Of a stretch of 64,000 bases of DNA, positions 1 to 13,152 are shown in pieces. A program made the position numbers and the translations under genes. Under the pieces are notes generated by a model. It was not told the origin of the DNA, searched no databases, and was given only the letters and a program-made list of their open reading frames with translations. The first letter of the stretch is position 1, and the number at the start of each line of letters is the position of its first letter. Where the stretch lies: NCBI GenBank assembly GCA_951406725.2, contig OX597816.1, positions 18,228,001 through 18,292,000 on the forward strand, given 5' to 3'. This DNA is from Octopus vulgaris (Eukaryota).

Positions 1-675
1 ACAAGCATGTACGTAGTCATATCAGTACCGGTTGTCAAACGGTTGACATAAAGATATAAAGGTTGACATATAAGATATAAAGGTATCTTTATTCTTCTTA
101 CATCCCCATTTCTTTTCCCCTGCTGTCCTTTGCGTTAGCTAAACCTACCCCGCTGTCATTCTTGCTACTATAGAATTTTGTCTGCAACAGTTAGATGCGA
201 GCTTAACCGTGGTATGACCAGCATCTTTCCTCATGCTTCTTGGAACTTATACCCACATCTTTATGAGTAGATTTATCTTCTCTGGGATGTTAATAATCAT
301 TTTAAAAACTTTGTGTTGTTGGAAAACATATATAGTCTGCTTGGAATCTTACTTCAGATTCATGGAACTCACTCCTATAACTTCATAAGGATATTTACAC
401 TCTCTAAGATATTTGGAAAACCTATATGTGATTTAGCTGATGAATACTTGACATTACATTTGCTGTAATATTGCAGCTTGAAATAAAATGTTTTTAGTAT
501 GAAACAATTGTACCAATCTACCGATCCATTCTTGTTGCTTTTTTCTTGGTTATAATCGCCCCACATAAGTTTATGGTTAATACCATAAAGAATTCTGGTG
601 CATATAAGTTAAGTAGCATATTCGTTTGAATTCATTTGAATTCATTTGAATCTTAATTGTTTTGCTGAAATTATA

Positions 676-964
<289 letters not shown>

Positions 965-1793
965 TACTATATATACTAATCAATGCGCCTTCAAGCATAT
1001 GTGTGTGTGTGTGTGCTCATTTATGTAGAACAAGAAAATAATGTGATTATGCCAATATGGCGATGGGAATCAAGGAAACAGAATGATAGATTGATGAGAA
1101 AAGATGAGAGGGTGAGGGTATTCGAGAAGAGGAAGTTTATGGGAAAGAGGAAACGATTGTAGACGACTGCCAGTTGAATATTTATGGATAATTTATAGAA
1201 ACTAATTAATGTTCCTATTTATAATTGATGTAGATAGCGTAATGCGCGATTGGTTGCAATTTAGCCGAGGCACTATAAATGATTTTCTAGTGACAGCAGT
1301 ACGGCTGATATAAAGTTATTTTCCAATACATGAATAAATATATTTAGCGTGTGGCGTGTGTGTAAGCAGGTTTAATATGACTTGATGAAAACCAAAGAAT
1401 AAGCAAATAATGAAAAAAAAAACCCCAAAAAAAAAAAACCAAAAAAAAAAAAAAGCCGTACCACTATTAAATTATGCATTGGCTGCAATATGTAGAGATA
1501 GCGTTCTCTTTTGTAATGCAAAAACAGATCGACGCTTATTAAATAATTACTTTCGCATACGCCTACCTATAAATACAAAATACCTGGAAAATGCAATTCC
1601 ATTTTGTTGTAACAATCTATACAGATTTGCGTTCGTCATATGAACAGTGTTGCTGAGAGGTGTCGTGTTTTGTGCATTCCCTCTGCCCCATGATTTCCAT
1701 TCCCACCAGGGAAAAGAAGTGACAGTAATAAACTGACTTCGATTCATTTTACTGCTTTGTTTTTTTTTTTACATATGACTGCATAATACGTAC

Positions 1794-2029
1794 TTCTTCT
1801 TCTTGCGCCCTTTTAAGGCCTAGCCAGGCTCATGGACCCGGTTTCCCGATTTCCGTGGCGTATGTGTTCCCCAACTGGACGGGACGGCAGTCCATCGCGG
1901 CGTTACTTATTTTTGCTGGAGCAACGTGAAATGTAGTGTTTTACTCAAGAACACAACGCGTCGCCCGGTCCAGGAATCGAAACCACAATCTTACGATCAT
2001 GATGCTGGCACCCTAACCACTAAGCCACA
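1794..2029 (-). mobile_element. tRNA-derived SINE (CORE-type body, V-domain-like tail)
   Basis: Minus strand has A box TGGCTTAGTGG, B box GTTTCGATTCC, CORE-like GTTCTTGAGTAAAACAC, then GCGATGGACTGCCGTCCCGTCCAG and a (GAA)n tail. Confidence 0.8.
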
Positions 2030-2429
2030 TCAAAGTGACATTTCCATGTTACAAATAGTCTCATCCCAGGTAAACATTCCACCAGCTGGTTAACGGTGCG
2101 ACGCCACACCCTTTATATACAATACTGCTAGTTGCAGGAGCGAACACTACGAACCCTCCAGGAAGCACAAAACAAGATCGTCAGACTGACTCAGTTTCGG
2201 GTTGGTTGGCCTATCCTCAGACGGATGTCACAAGGCCGCGATTTATGTAAAATCACAAAAACACACACACTTACAGACACACTCACAAATACACACATGC
2301 TGGCAAACTTTGCGATACATACGTTATTGCAACTACGTATAGAATCACACTTACATATTCAATAATGTACATATATGCTTTCATAAATAGTCATAAAATA
2401 TAGATATATTTCATATATATATATATATA

Positions 2430-2467
<38 letters not shown>

Positions 2468-2502
2468 TACTCATTATATATATATATATATATATATACA
2501 CC

Positions 2503-2625
2503 GACGACGGAATTCGTCCGTCTACCAAATCCACTTACTAGGCTTTCATTGGCCCGAAGGTATACTAGAAAACACTTGCCGGAACCTTGTGGTTGGTAAG
2601 CAACCACACAGCTACTCCTGCGCCT
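2503..2625 (-). mobile_element. SINE family A, 5' half (degenerate)
   Basis: Matches the AGGCGCAGGAGTGGCTGTGTGG head and GGATTTGGTAGACGG of the fuller copies at 41561 and 51259. Confidence 0.8.
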
Positions 2626-2666
2626 ACGTATATGAATATGATATACATACTTATGTATAGATATAC

Positions 2667-3284
<618 letters not shown>

Positions 3285-3347
<63 letters not shown>

Positions 3348-3495
3348 ATATATATATATGTATGTATATATGTATATATATATGTATGTATATATATATG
3401 TATATATATGTATGTATATATGTATATATATGTATATATATATATATCAAAGTATGTATATGGTGTTTATATATAAATATATATATGAACACCAA

Positions 3496-3531
<36 letters not shown>

Positions 3532-3745
3532 ATATGTATATGTATATACATATATATACATATATATGTATATATGTATATATGTATATGTATATATATG
3601 TATATATATATATATATATATGTATATGGTGTTTATGTATATATATATGTATATATATAAGAATGTATATGGTCTTTATATATATATATGAACACCAAAT
3701 ACATACACATATATATATATATATATTTATATAATATATTACATA
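3285..3745. repeat. (TA)n/(TATG)n compound microsatellite
   Basis: TA-based low-complexity tract with recurring GTATATGGTGTTT and ATGAACACCAAATAC interruptions. Confidence 0.9.
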
Positions 3746-4319
3746 TGTGCAACCAACAATATATACACACAAACACTCACACATATACACACATCATTTG
3801 GAGTTTATGCGGGAATGTGTGATTATACGCCAAAATCCCATTAGTTAACCTGTAAGTAGCAAGTTTGTTTGGTAAATGGGAATCGAATATAGAATATATC
3901 ATAGAAATGATAGCGTTTTATGGAAACGGAAGCATACTGACTATCTCTATGTGTGTTATTCATATTTATCTGTCTAGATTTTCGCGGATGCAATTTATTA
4001 AAATTATGGTGGATAATAATAGTTTTGTGACATGCAATACATCTTAGATAGTCATATGTCTAGATTGCGACACTGACAAACTATATTTAGCACAGAACTT
4101 CCATTAGTAGCTGCATATAATGAAGGGTGAACAATGTTACGCAGTCTGCAGTTTCTGCTGTTTATAACGGAAAAAATATTGAAGTGGTATTGTTATGGCT
4201 TGGTGAGATTCTGCCAAACCCACCCCAAAACTAGCAGCAGCTATGAGACACCCAGAGTGGAAGGCTTACTCTAATGTTACAAATACACACACACACACAT
4301 ACATAAATACTAATAAATA

Positions 4320-4879
4320 CTAGCTGTTGGACCCGGTGTTGCTCGTGTTATTTTGTGTTGTATTTTGTGTTGCCCACCTCTGTATTGAAATCTTCTACGT
4401 TCCCCGTGTTAACTATTACCCATTATAGCTGGTTCGGCAGGCTGTTGCATGATTCATAAATGTGTGGCAGGCGGGGGAAAAATGGTCAGAGCAGGTTACG
4501 GAGTTTTGTGGACGGACAGGAGATTTTGCAACCGACGACGATGTGTTCAATGGTGCAGAGGTCACAAATGTAAATAAGTATTTCCTTAAAGACTATTCTG
4601 TTGATTTTATTGAAATTTTATACGTGTACAAATGCAAAGCGCTGCAGGAAAAATAACATCGTTATGGCAATTTCCATTCAAACGCCCGATTAAGCTCACG
4701 AAAATCGATGCCAACTGAGCATTATTGAGTTTTCGAAAATTTCAGGCCTTTTTTTTAAAATTCAGTGTATGTGATCTACCTCTGTGCCAAAAATCATTCA
4801 AATCCGTTGGATGGTGTAGGAGGAATTAGAGTAACCCTAAACCCCCAAACAGTCACTATAACACATTTATGTATATAGA
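4320..4879 (-). mobile_element. Non-autonomous Helitron
   Basis: Minus strand starts TC(TATATAC) and ends CTAG. It has a degenerate subterminal GC-rich hairpin (CCCGGTGTTGCTCGTG) and sits in an A|T site with no TSD. Confidence 0.7.
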
Positions 4880-5260
4880 TATGTACGTGTGAATATGGGT
4901 GGGGGGTCCCAGTTTATGTCCCAGTTTACTACTGAAAGAAAGAGTGCCCGGTACCAAAGTAGTGCTAAATGATATTTGTAATTTTGATCAAGGCAATCTC
5001 TTGCTATTTCGAGAAGGGAGATATATCTCCATAGAAACAATGTTTTCTTTCTTATATTGGACCTAGTAGTGAAAACTCATGGAGAGGCTTAATATTTCAA
5101 AAAAGATCGATAGAAATTGAATTTCTCTATACATACATACATACACATATATATATATAGGTGGATCATATGCTCTGAAGTTCAATTTTTCTCGATAGTC
5201 ATATTTACATACCCTCTTCTGTCCTCGTCGTTTGCATTTTCTAAGTTTGAACACTGAATT

Positions 5261-5298
<38 letters not shown>

Positions 5299-5431
5299 TT
5301 AATAAAAAGAATTACAACATTGTCTGATTTTCACGTTTTATTTACAATCTTATAATGATATATTATAAGATAATATATTATAATTGAATAAAATAAAATG
5401 AAATAGTAGAATGTTAAATATTCATTCTGAT

Positions 5432-5476
5432 TGAACTAGTACTTTCATGCATTGAATTCTGCAATCTTCGGGTTCA
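5432..5476 (-). ncRNA. Minimal type I hammerhead ribozyme (predicted, core variant CCGAAGA)
   Basis: Minus strand reads UGAAC-CCGAAGA-U-UGCA-GAAUUCAA-UGCA-U-GAAA-GUAC-UA-GUUCA. Stem I is a perfect 5 bp, stem III is the palindrome AGUACU, and the triplet is CUA. Confidence 0.7.
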
Positions 5477-5970
5477 TGTAGTAGTGTTGACAGTCATGCT
5501 TCACAATTTTTGACTGTAGCAAGATGAGTGATTCTGTGCTATAAATACAGCTGGGTAGGCTCCAGAGTGCTAGGTTTTGCAAACTGTATTCTGACCAATC
5601 AGTGTGTAGTATCACTCAATTACTTAAGCTGATTGGTTGGTTGAGCTGATTGGTTTAGGCATCACGCTTTGTTGGACAGGTCAAGAGTCCTGTATCTTGA
5701 CCCTGGCCGAAGCAGCAATTGTTGGGTTATTTTTAGAAATGTTGTAAATATCCTTTGTCAGAGATTTTTATATTTTTATATTTCAATTGTCATCATCATC
5801 ATTGTCAGCACCTTAATTATTGTTGCTAGTGGTGATGGTGGTGGCAATAGAACTTTTAACCCTAAATAAGATAATTTTCCTGCTATCTTCGTCTTGATCA
5901 CCTTTAGTATTGTTGTTGTTGTTAGTGGTCATGGTCGTAGCAGTGGAAGTAATACCTCTAAGTATTATTA

Positions 5971-6502
5971 TTATTGCTTATTTAGCTTGGGTTCGAATTT
6001 ATCAATAAAATTCTTTTCTCTGATTTTCCTCTCGATTTCACTTGGGCTGTGTAATTTGTAGAATGGAAATATTATATATATTTTCCGACCACATGTTGCT
6101 AGGTGGTTACTCAAAGGTATCTGACGGACCTCTGGGTCTCTAATCTGTTGCCGGTGTACACGTGAGCGTTCTAATAGTGCGTTTCCCGTCTGACCTACAT
6201 ATATTTCTTCACAATTTGGGCATTTGATGCAGTAAATTAAATTTCTGCTTTTGCAGTTCATATTCGCGTTTGTGAATATTTTCCCGGTTTTTGTGTTTAT
6301 ATATTGACCGGTATGTATGAATTGGCATGTGCCACATCGGCTATCATTGCATTTAGATACCGTGAATGTTTGGTCTTTGTTGCTGAGGTCAAATTTTGCC
6401 TTTGTTAGTAATGTTTTCAAGTTTTTAGGCTGTCTTTTACTAAGCACCATAGCTCGATCCTTGATTATGTCTTTTAATTCATTACTTTGGGCAATGATTG
6501 GT

Positions 6503-6505
<3 letters not shown>
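5971..6505 (-). CDS. GIY-YIG endonuclease C-terminal region of a Penelope-like element (5'-truncated)
   Basis: KRQPKNLKTLL, Cys linker CNDSRCGTC, NLIYCIKCPNCEEIYVGQTG, RSRVHR, REKNFIDKFEPKLN. The frame stays open up to the TA tract. Confidence 0.9.
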
Positions 6506-6549
<44 letters not shown>

Positions 6550-6599
6550 TGTGTGTGTTTAGGTATGTATTTATGTTGTCTCACATTCAGTTCTATATT

Positions 6600-6820
6600 T
6601 AAAAGATGAGGAATTATGTATTTTTTACATTATTTACAGTCATCTTGTTTGTTGTTAACACAATTTTGTTAACACAATCTTGGGGAAATTTCGAACCTCA
6701 GTTCTAAGGCATTTTTTGATGTTATTATTATTATTATTGTTGTTCAGGTCACTGCTTGGAACCGAACTCGGAATCTTGGGTTAGTAGCCCGCATTCTGAA
6801 CCACTACGCTATATGCCCGT
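6600..6820 (-). mobile_element. tRNA-headed SINE (family E) with internal (AAT)n
   Basis: Minus strand has TAGCGTAGTGG A box and GAGTTCGGTTCC B box in a tRNA-like head. The 3' boundary is uncertain. Confidence 0.6.
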
Positions 6821-6884
6821 GGGCAATTATGTAGTGAATTTTAGGGATTATAAATCTAATAATTTTCTATCCTTCCTTAATACC

Positions 6885-7102
6885 TATTTCTTTACTACCC
6901 ACAAGGGGTTAAACACAGAGAGGACAGACAAGGAGATTAAGTCGATTACATCAACCCCAGTGCGTAACTGGTACTTAATTTATCGACCCCGAGAGGATGA
7001 AAGGCAAAGTCGACCTCGGCGGAATTTGAATTTAGAACGTAACGGCAGACGAAATACGGCATTTCGTCTGGCGTGCTAACGTTTTTGCCAGCTCGCCGCC
7101 TT
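6885..7102 (-). mobile_element. SINE family C (young subfamily) with TSD
   Basis: AAGGCGGCGAGCTGGCA head to AAAGAAATA end. TSD CCTTCCTTAAT[A/C]CC at 6871-6884 and 7107-7120. Confidence 0.9.
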
Positions 7103-7139
7103 TATACCTTCCTTAATCCCAGTTCCCATATGCAGCTCA

Positions 7140-7510
7140 TATCTGCTCTCGGTCTGCTTAGGAGGTTGTTGTGTCCTAGCATATGTGCTGCTTCTTTTAG
7201 TTTTCGTATTTTCCAGTAGTGTTCTCAGTCTATTATTTTAACTTCATCCCACAGGGGGAGGTTGTCCTCATTTTCCATACATGATCAGCTATACCCGATT
7301 TATCAATATCTCCTGCTGTCACAGCTTTGCGATGTTCGTCTACCCTTATTTTAAGGGGGCATCCTGTTTCTACTTTGTATAACCTACCACAACTGCATGG
7401 GATGGAGTACATGCAGTCTTTGGTCATATTCTCTTCTATTGGTGGTTTTACTCGAAGGAGGTATTTGTGAAGTGTTGTATTACTCTTGAATCAAGAGTAA
7501 TACTACACTT
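7140..7510 (-). pseudogene. Penelope-like (Poseidon-type) GIY-YIG fragment
   Basis: KSNTTLHKYLLRVKPP...MYSIPCSCGRLYKVETGCPLKIRVDEHRK...KSGIADHVW, then a frameshift. A 20-bp fold-back lies at 7470-7510. Confidence 0.85.
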
Positions 7511-7678
7511 ATGAATGTATTCCACAGCAGAGGGATTTTCTAAGTTTATTACAGGACAGTCTTTTTTTGCGGATGGCATTGTAAATTGCTTTAGCGACAA
7601 TATTCTGCCGTATTGGGAGGTAGTACCGTGACGACATTTTAGGACAGCTGCTAATCACATGCGTAATATCTTCCACGG

Positions 7679-8060
7679 TGGAGGCGCAATGGCCCAGTGG
7701 TTAGGGCAGCGGACTCGCGGTCGTAGGATCGCGGTTTCGATACCCAGACCGGGCGTTGTGAGTGTTTATTGAGCGAAAACACCTAAAGCTCTACGAGGTT
7801 CCGGCAGGGATGGTGGTGATCCCTGCAGTACTCTTTCACCACAACTTTCTCTCACTCTTCCTGTTTCTGTTGTACCTGTATTTCAAAGGGCCGGCCTTGT
7901 CACTCTCTGTGTCGCGCTGAATATCCCCGAAAACTACGTTAAGGGTACACGTGTCTGTGGAGTGCTCAGCCACTTGCACGTTAATTTCACGAGCAGGCTG
8001 TTCCGTTGATCGGATCAACCGGAACCCTCGTCGTCGTAACCGACGGAGTGCTTCCAAAAA
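7679..8060 (+). mobile_element. tRNA-derived SINE family B, full length
   Basis: TGGCCCAGTGG A box and GTTTCGATACC B box; near-identical to 38899-39283. TSD ATCTTCCAC at 7668-7676 and 8061-8069. Confidence 0.92.
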
Positions 8061-8841
8061 ATCTTCCACAGAAATATGACATAGCCTACACCTACGACTG
8101 AATCTTGGGATTGCAAGAGCGTCACCGTCTCTCTTGTTCACCAGGTACTTTGTGACAATCTTTTGTTTCTGGATGGTATGTATGTAAGTATCTATGTATG
8201 TAAATATGTATGTATGTATATATGTATGCATGCATGCATATGAGTGTGTGTGTTTCTTTCAGTTTGTCTGTGTATAGATGCGTGTCTGTGTACTAAAATG
8301 TAGACAGGTTTAAGTAGAAATGGCCCTTTATAAATATCTGAGCATTAAGGACATTTATACACACATATTCACCTAAAGAATATATTTCTATGTTTAAACA
8401 TGTTTAAGAGTATTTTTTTCAATACAACTCTCGCAGACTACATCTATTTACATCTTTTCCTTATGTACAATTCTATATCATTATTGATTTAATTACGTAT
8501 CGATTTTCAGCATATTTCCATTATTGATTCACTTATCCATTTCTTCATCTATTTATCCAGTAATATATTTACATATTTCTTATAATAATATGTATAAACA
8601 TAATAGATTATGTACTAGTTAGTCGTGTTTACTAACACGAAACGACCTCATTTCATTGTGTTATCTACCTCTAACTCTTTCACGTTAGATAACGTCGAGA
8701 AAATTTTTATTATAATAGTGTGTATACATATGTTCTAGATATGTGGGTGTTCGCTTCATTTTGCATGACATGTTGAAGTTTAGAATAATCAACCTACCTC
8801 TATTTATTTGACGTCATAATCCTCGAAGAAATAATTTTGCC

Positions 8842-9268
8842 GGATCTTTTCGGTTTGAACGGCAGATTTTTAAAATAATTTCCACGTAACTAAACACTTT
8901 TAAACATCGCATACTGGTAGAATGTGTTTCTAAAACATTTTTTTCTGTTGGCTTTATTGAGAAAGTTCTATAGTTTGTAAGATATTTGTTGTTGTTTTTT
9001 TCTTCAATTTCTGTAATTTCAACCAATCAATGGCGTCTATTGAGGTGAAAACATTCTGTGCCGTATGAATATGTCCATCGTCTAAGAATCAGATTGGGTT
9101 TATTTACATTTGTGAAGAAAAAAAGATACCCTTCCCCTCACCCCTAACCCTAACCCTAACTAACCCTCAAACATAGAAATGCAATGGATCGATACTAGGG
9201 TCGTAATTATGGGTGACAATTTCATATGACACCGCTAGAAAAAACTGCCGTTCAAACCGAAAAGATCC
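8842..9268. mobile_element. MITE with GGATC termini and internal (CCCTAA)n
   Basis: Perfect 24-bp TIR GGATCTTTTCGGTTTGAACGGCAG / CTGCCGTTCAAACCGAAAAGATCC, with telomeric repeats at about 9142-9167. Confidence 0.88.
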
Positions 9269-9681
9269 ATTTTTTTTTTATTATAATAGTGTGTATACAT
9301 ATGTTCTAGATATGTGGGTGTTCGCTTCATTTTGCATGAAACGTTGTAGTTTTGAATAATCGACCTGCCTCTACTTATTTGACGTCATATTCCTCGAAGA
9401 AGCAGTTTTGCCTGTTTTGAACGAAATTTACTGATTCAGAATATTTAGCGTCAGGAGACCAATTGAATTAATGAAAGCTGAATTCTGTTGATGAAACATT
9501 AAATCTCTAATTTAAAACTATTCATTCTACAGTTATCTCTACTTTGTTTTCCACTCTTGCTTGGATACTTGTTATCCATGATGTTTTATTCAAGAATTTC
9601 TGTGCATACAATCATACGTATACATACATGTATGCACACATTTATACACACACGTACACACTGACACACACGCACATGCTC

Positions 9682-9745
9682 ATATATATATATATATATA
9701 TATACATATATATACATATACATATAGATATATACATATATATAT

Positions 9746-9843
<98 letters not shown>
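9682..9843. repeat. (TA)n microsatellite
   Basis: Dinucleotide run. Confidence 0.95.
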
Positions 9844-10378
9844 GCAACTGCATACAAAGAGACATATATCTCAGCCTACGTATATAGAGAGAAACATTAT
9901 TAACAAATTTTTTATTTTTATATATAGGATGCATGTTTTAAATGCATTTATAATATACTATGTATGTTTTGAATGATGCATGAGTGTGGTATGTAACGAA
10001 GACACACAAAAAAACAAGAAGAAACAAGAGACCCTTTCCACGATTTTTATGGAATTTTATATTCAAATATAGCTCTGCATAATAATTGCGAAAATATATA
10101 TTTTTTTTAGAAAAAATAGAAAAAGTATGAAGTTATCAACCTTTAAATATCTAATGTTTTGTAAATTTAAGCCGATGAGAAAGTTCTACTATTGGTATCT
10201 AGAAATAAAACGTTAATTTTTCTTATCATTAATTTTTCGGAAAAGAAAAGCATGAAGCTACCTCTATGTACAAAATGCCAAATGAATCAGGTTCAACGTC
10301 CAGTAAAACTGCTCATGTAATAATTAATTACTTTGAAGTCCCTAATCAAATAAATATAGAGTAATGTATTGCATCAGT

Positions 10379-10685
10379 GGTGGCACATGGCCTATTGGTT
10401 AGAGCAGCGGACTCGCGGTCGAGGTATCGCGGGTTCGAATCTCAGGCCGGGCGATGTGTGTGTTTATGAGCGAAACACCTAAGCTCTACGCGGCTCCGGC
10501 AGAATGTAATGGCGAACTTCTGCTGACTCTCTCGCCACAACTTTCTCTCACTCTTTCCTTCTGCATCTTGCAGCCCACCTGTGACGGACCGGCGTCCCGT
10601 CCAGGTGGGGAACCTATACGCCAAGGAAACCGGGGAACCAGCCCTTATGAGCCAGGCATGACTCGAGAAGGAACAAACAACAATT
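10379..10685 (+). mobile_element. SINE with family B head and V-domain-like tail
   Basis: Head GCAGCGGACTCGCGGTCG as at 7679. Tail GACGGACCGGCGTCCCGTCCAG...ATGAGCCAGGC as at 1794-2029, ending in (AAC)n. Confidence 0.85.
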
Positions 10686-10910
10686 TTTTTGACGAGACTT
10701 CTTGTCAAGTGAGCTACTTAGCTAAGAAAATGTGTTGATACGATGATCAGAGATTCTGGAATTGTCTCTAGATTCCATACCCTGCTAGAACACTTTGCCT
10801 TCGAAGCCTCCATCAAATCCTGCAATAATCTATAACTTAATGCGTACACATCGAGGAAACAATTTGAAGGAAAGAAGTTTCAAGGTTGTCTGTCGATCTG
10901 TCCAAAATAA

Positions 10911-11146
10911 CTTTTAGTCTTTTACGTGTTTCAGTCATTTGACTGTGACCATGCTGGAGCGCTGACTCTAGTCGAGCAAATCGACCCCAGTACTTATTAT
11001 TTGTAAGCCAAGTACTTATTCTATCGATCTCTTTTGTCGAACTGCTAAGTTACGGGGACGAAAACACACCAGCATCGGTTGTCAAGCGATGTTGGGGAGA
11101 CAAGCACATACACGCAAACATACACACACACACACGGACGCACGCA

Positions 11147-11192
<46 letters not shown>

Positions 11193-11376
11193 CATATATA
11201 TACACGTATATACGACGGGTTTCTGTGAGTTTCCGTCTACCAAACCCACTCATAAGGTTTTGGTCGGCCCGAGGCTATAGTAGAAGACATTTGCCCAAGT
11301 TGCCACGCAGTGGGAAAGAACCCAGAACCATGTGATTGGTAAGCAAGCTACTTACCACACAGCCACTCCTACACCT
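10911..11376 (-). mobile_element. SINE family A, full length with internal microsatellite
   Basis: Head, central (CA/TA)n and GCTCCAGCATGG..CAGTCAAATGACTGAAAC tail, shared with the other copies. Confidence 0.9.
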
Positions 11377-12964
11377 ACTACATTTAAGTCTTTATTGATC
11401 GATACTCGATTATTTTGAAAAAAGAAAGGACATTCACTAATCAAGTTTTAAACGCTTAGAAAAAGACAAAATGATTATGTCGGGAGACTTCACATGTCTG
11501 CTTAATCAGAATAACCTTTTAGCTTAAACTATAACCACAACAATTTGCCACAAACAAACTGTGTCGTAACTGTTTCATTAAATCAATAGATGTTAATTAT
11601 ACGTTTTGTCAAATATATCTACTTATTATGCGTATATAATTATGCCTGTTGGGTGTCTACATCGAATTAAATGATAAATGTATAGGTTTATTATATCTGA
11701 ACAGCTTTTAAAGTTTAAATTTAGTTTAACTTCAAATTATAAACCCAGGAAAGCTAACTACGTTTGCTCAGACATAAAAGAATATAAAAATCTGTGTTGA
11801 CGCCATGTACGCTATAGAATTTTGTAGGATGAGAAAATTATAGCATTAAATTTTATAGATTTGCACATGAATTTAACTCGCTTTGCTATTACATTTTATA
11901 CGTTTCAATTGTAACTGAATACATTTTGGAAAATGTCTCTGAATGCTCACAGAAGAGCAAAATTGGAGATACATAAAAATCTTTGACTGAGCTAAGAAAC
12001 GGCAACGAATCAATAAATAGGCTTGGAATCCTAAACATAAAGAATGCTCGCCTTATGGTTTTCTCTAATTTTATAACCTCTGTGAAATGCTGGATATTAG
12101 AAAATTAATTTATTGTCTGACACAAACTTAATCTGAATAGTACGATTACAATTGATCATGACCCCAATCTGAATGTTGCAATATTGTTTAAATCAATAAT
12201 AATTATCCTATACAGAAATATAGAAAATTCGAGAGGGAGAGAGAATGTAATAGAGAAAATAGACGAGAGATATTTGTAGAAAGAGATAAATGCATAACGA
12301 ATGAGTTAAACGGAGGAAAAGAGAGAAAACCTGTTACTGTGTATATATGGTATGTATATAACTGTTGCGTGTCTGTATGTGAACGTATGTGAATGTGTGT
12401 GATATAAAGGAGGAAAATTAGACGAATGATCAGCAGTTTCACAAATGAAATCGAAGAACAACTGTCAATAAACACGGAGGAATTTATGCATTTTTATTTT
12501 GAAAGAATTTATACAACCAAGTCAACATGAAATTTGAACAGGATTTCTGGCGTGCTTTGTGTAAGCGATGTAATTGCGGCAATTATATTAGAGCGCATCG
12601 CAAATAGATTTAATATCATGACTACATGGAGAACGAAAGTTTATATTGGACAGCGAAGATTATAATTAAATTTGCTGACATAAATTTCTGTTATGTTTAG
12701 AGTCTAAATTCGTGGAACCTTTGGCTGGCAATTATTATACAAAAGGAAAAAAACAAAACAAACAAAACAAATAAGGAATAAAAATGACAAAGAATTTGCA
12801 TGTAACTTCGACTAATTATCCATATAGAAACTTACGCACCGAAATGCATACATGTATTACGCATATCATATACGCTAAATGATATATATTTCCCTCTCTC
12901 GACCTCTGTCTCTCACTCTCTCTATCTCTGTGTCTATCTGTCTGTCTCTATCTCTCTTTCTATT

Positions 12965-13004
12965 TATGCATGCATGTATGTATATATCCTGGCAAACATG
13001 AAGG

Positions 13005-13079
<75 letters not shown>

Positions 13080-13152
13080 TATATGCATATGTATTTATAT
13101 ATATATATGCATATGTATATATATATGTATATGTATATATATACATATATAT
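12965..13152. repeat. (TA)n microsatellite
   Basis: Dinucleotide run. Confidence 0.9.

Larger units (their letters stand above)
5299..6505 (-). mobile_element. 5'-truncated Penelope-like retroelement (Neptune-type) inserted in (TA)n
   Basis: GIY-YIG ORF followed by a ~670-bp 3' region with CCAAT boxes and a hammerhead fold. TA runs lie directly on both sides. Confidence 0.9.

Noticed and set aside
240-620. Possible decayed L1/Tx1-like 3' coding region
   Set aside because: No diagnostic motif could be read.
1240-1285. ATTGG plus CTATAAAT promoter-like pair, and TAAT-rich clusters such as 55366-55410
   Set aside because: Such short motifs are expected by chance in AT-rich DNA, and no gene context supports them.
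7679-7752. tRNA-like sequences at SINE heads (also 6750, 10379, 38899, 40120)
   Set aside because: They continue into SINE bodies, some with TSDs, and lack complete cloverleaves, so they are not tRNA genes.
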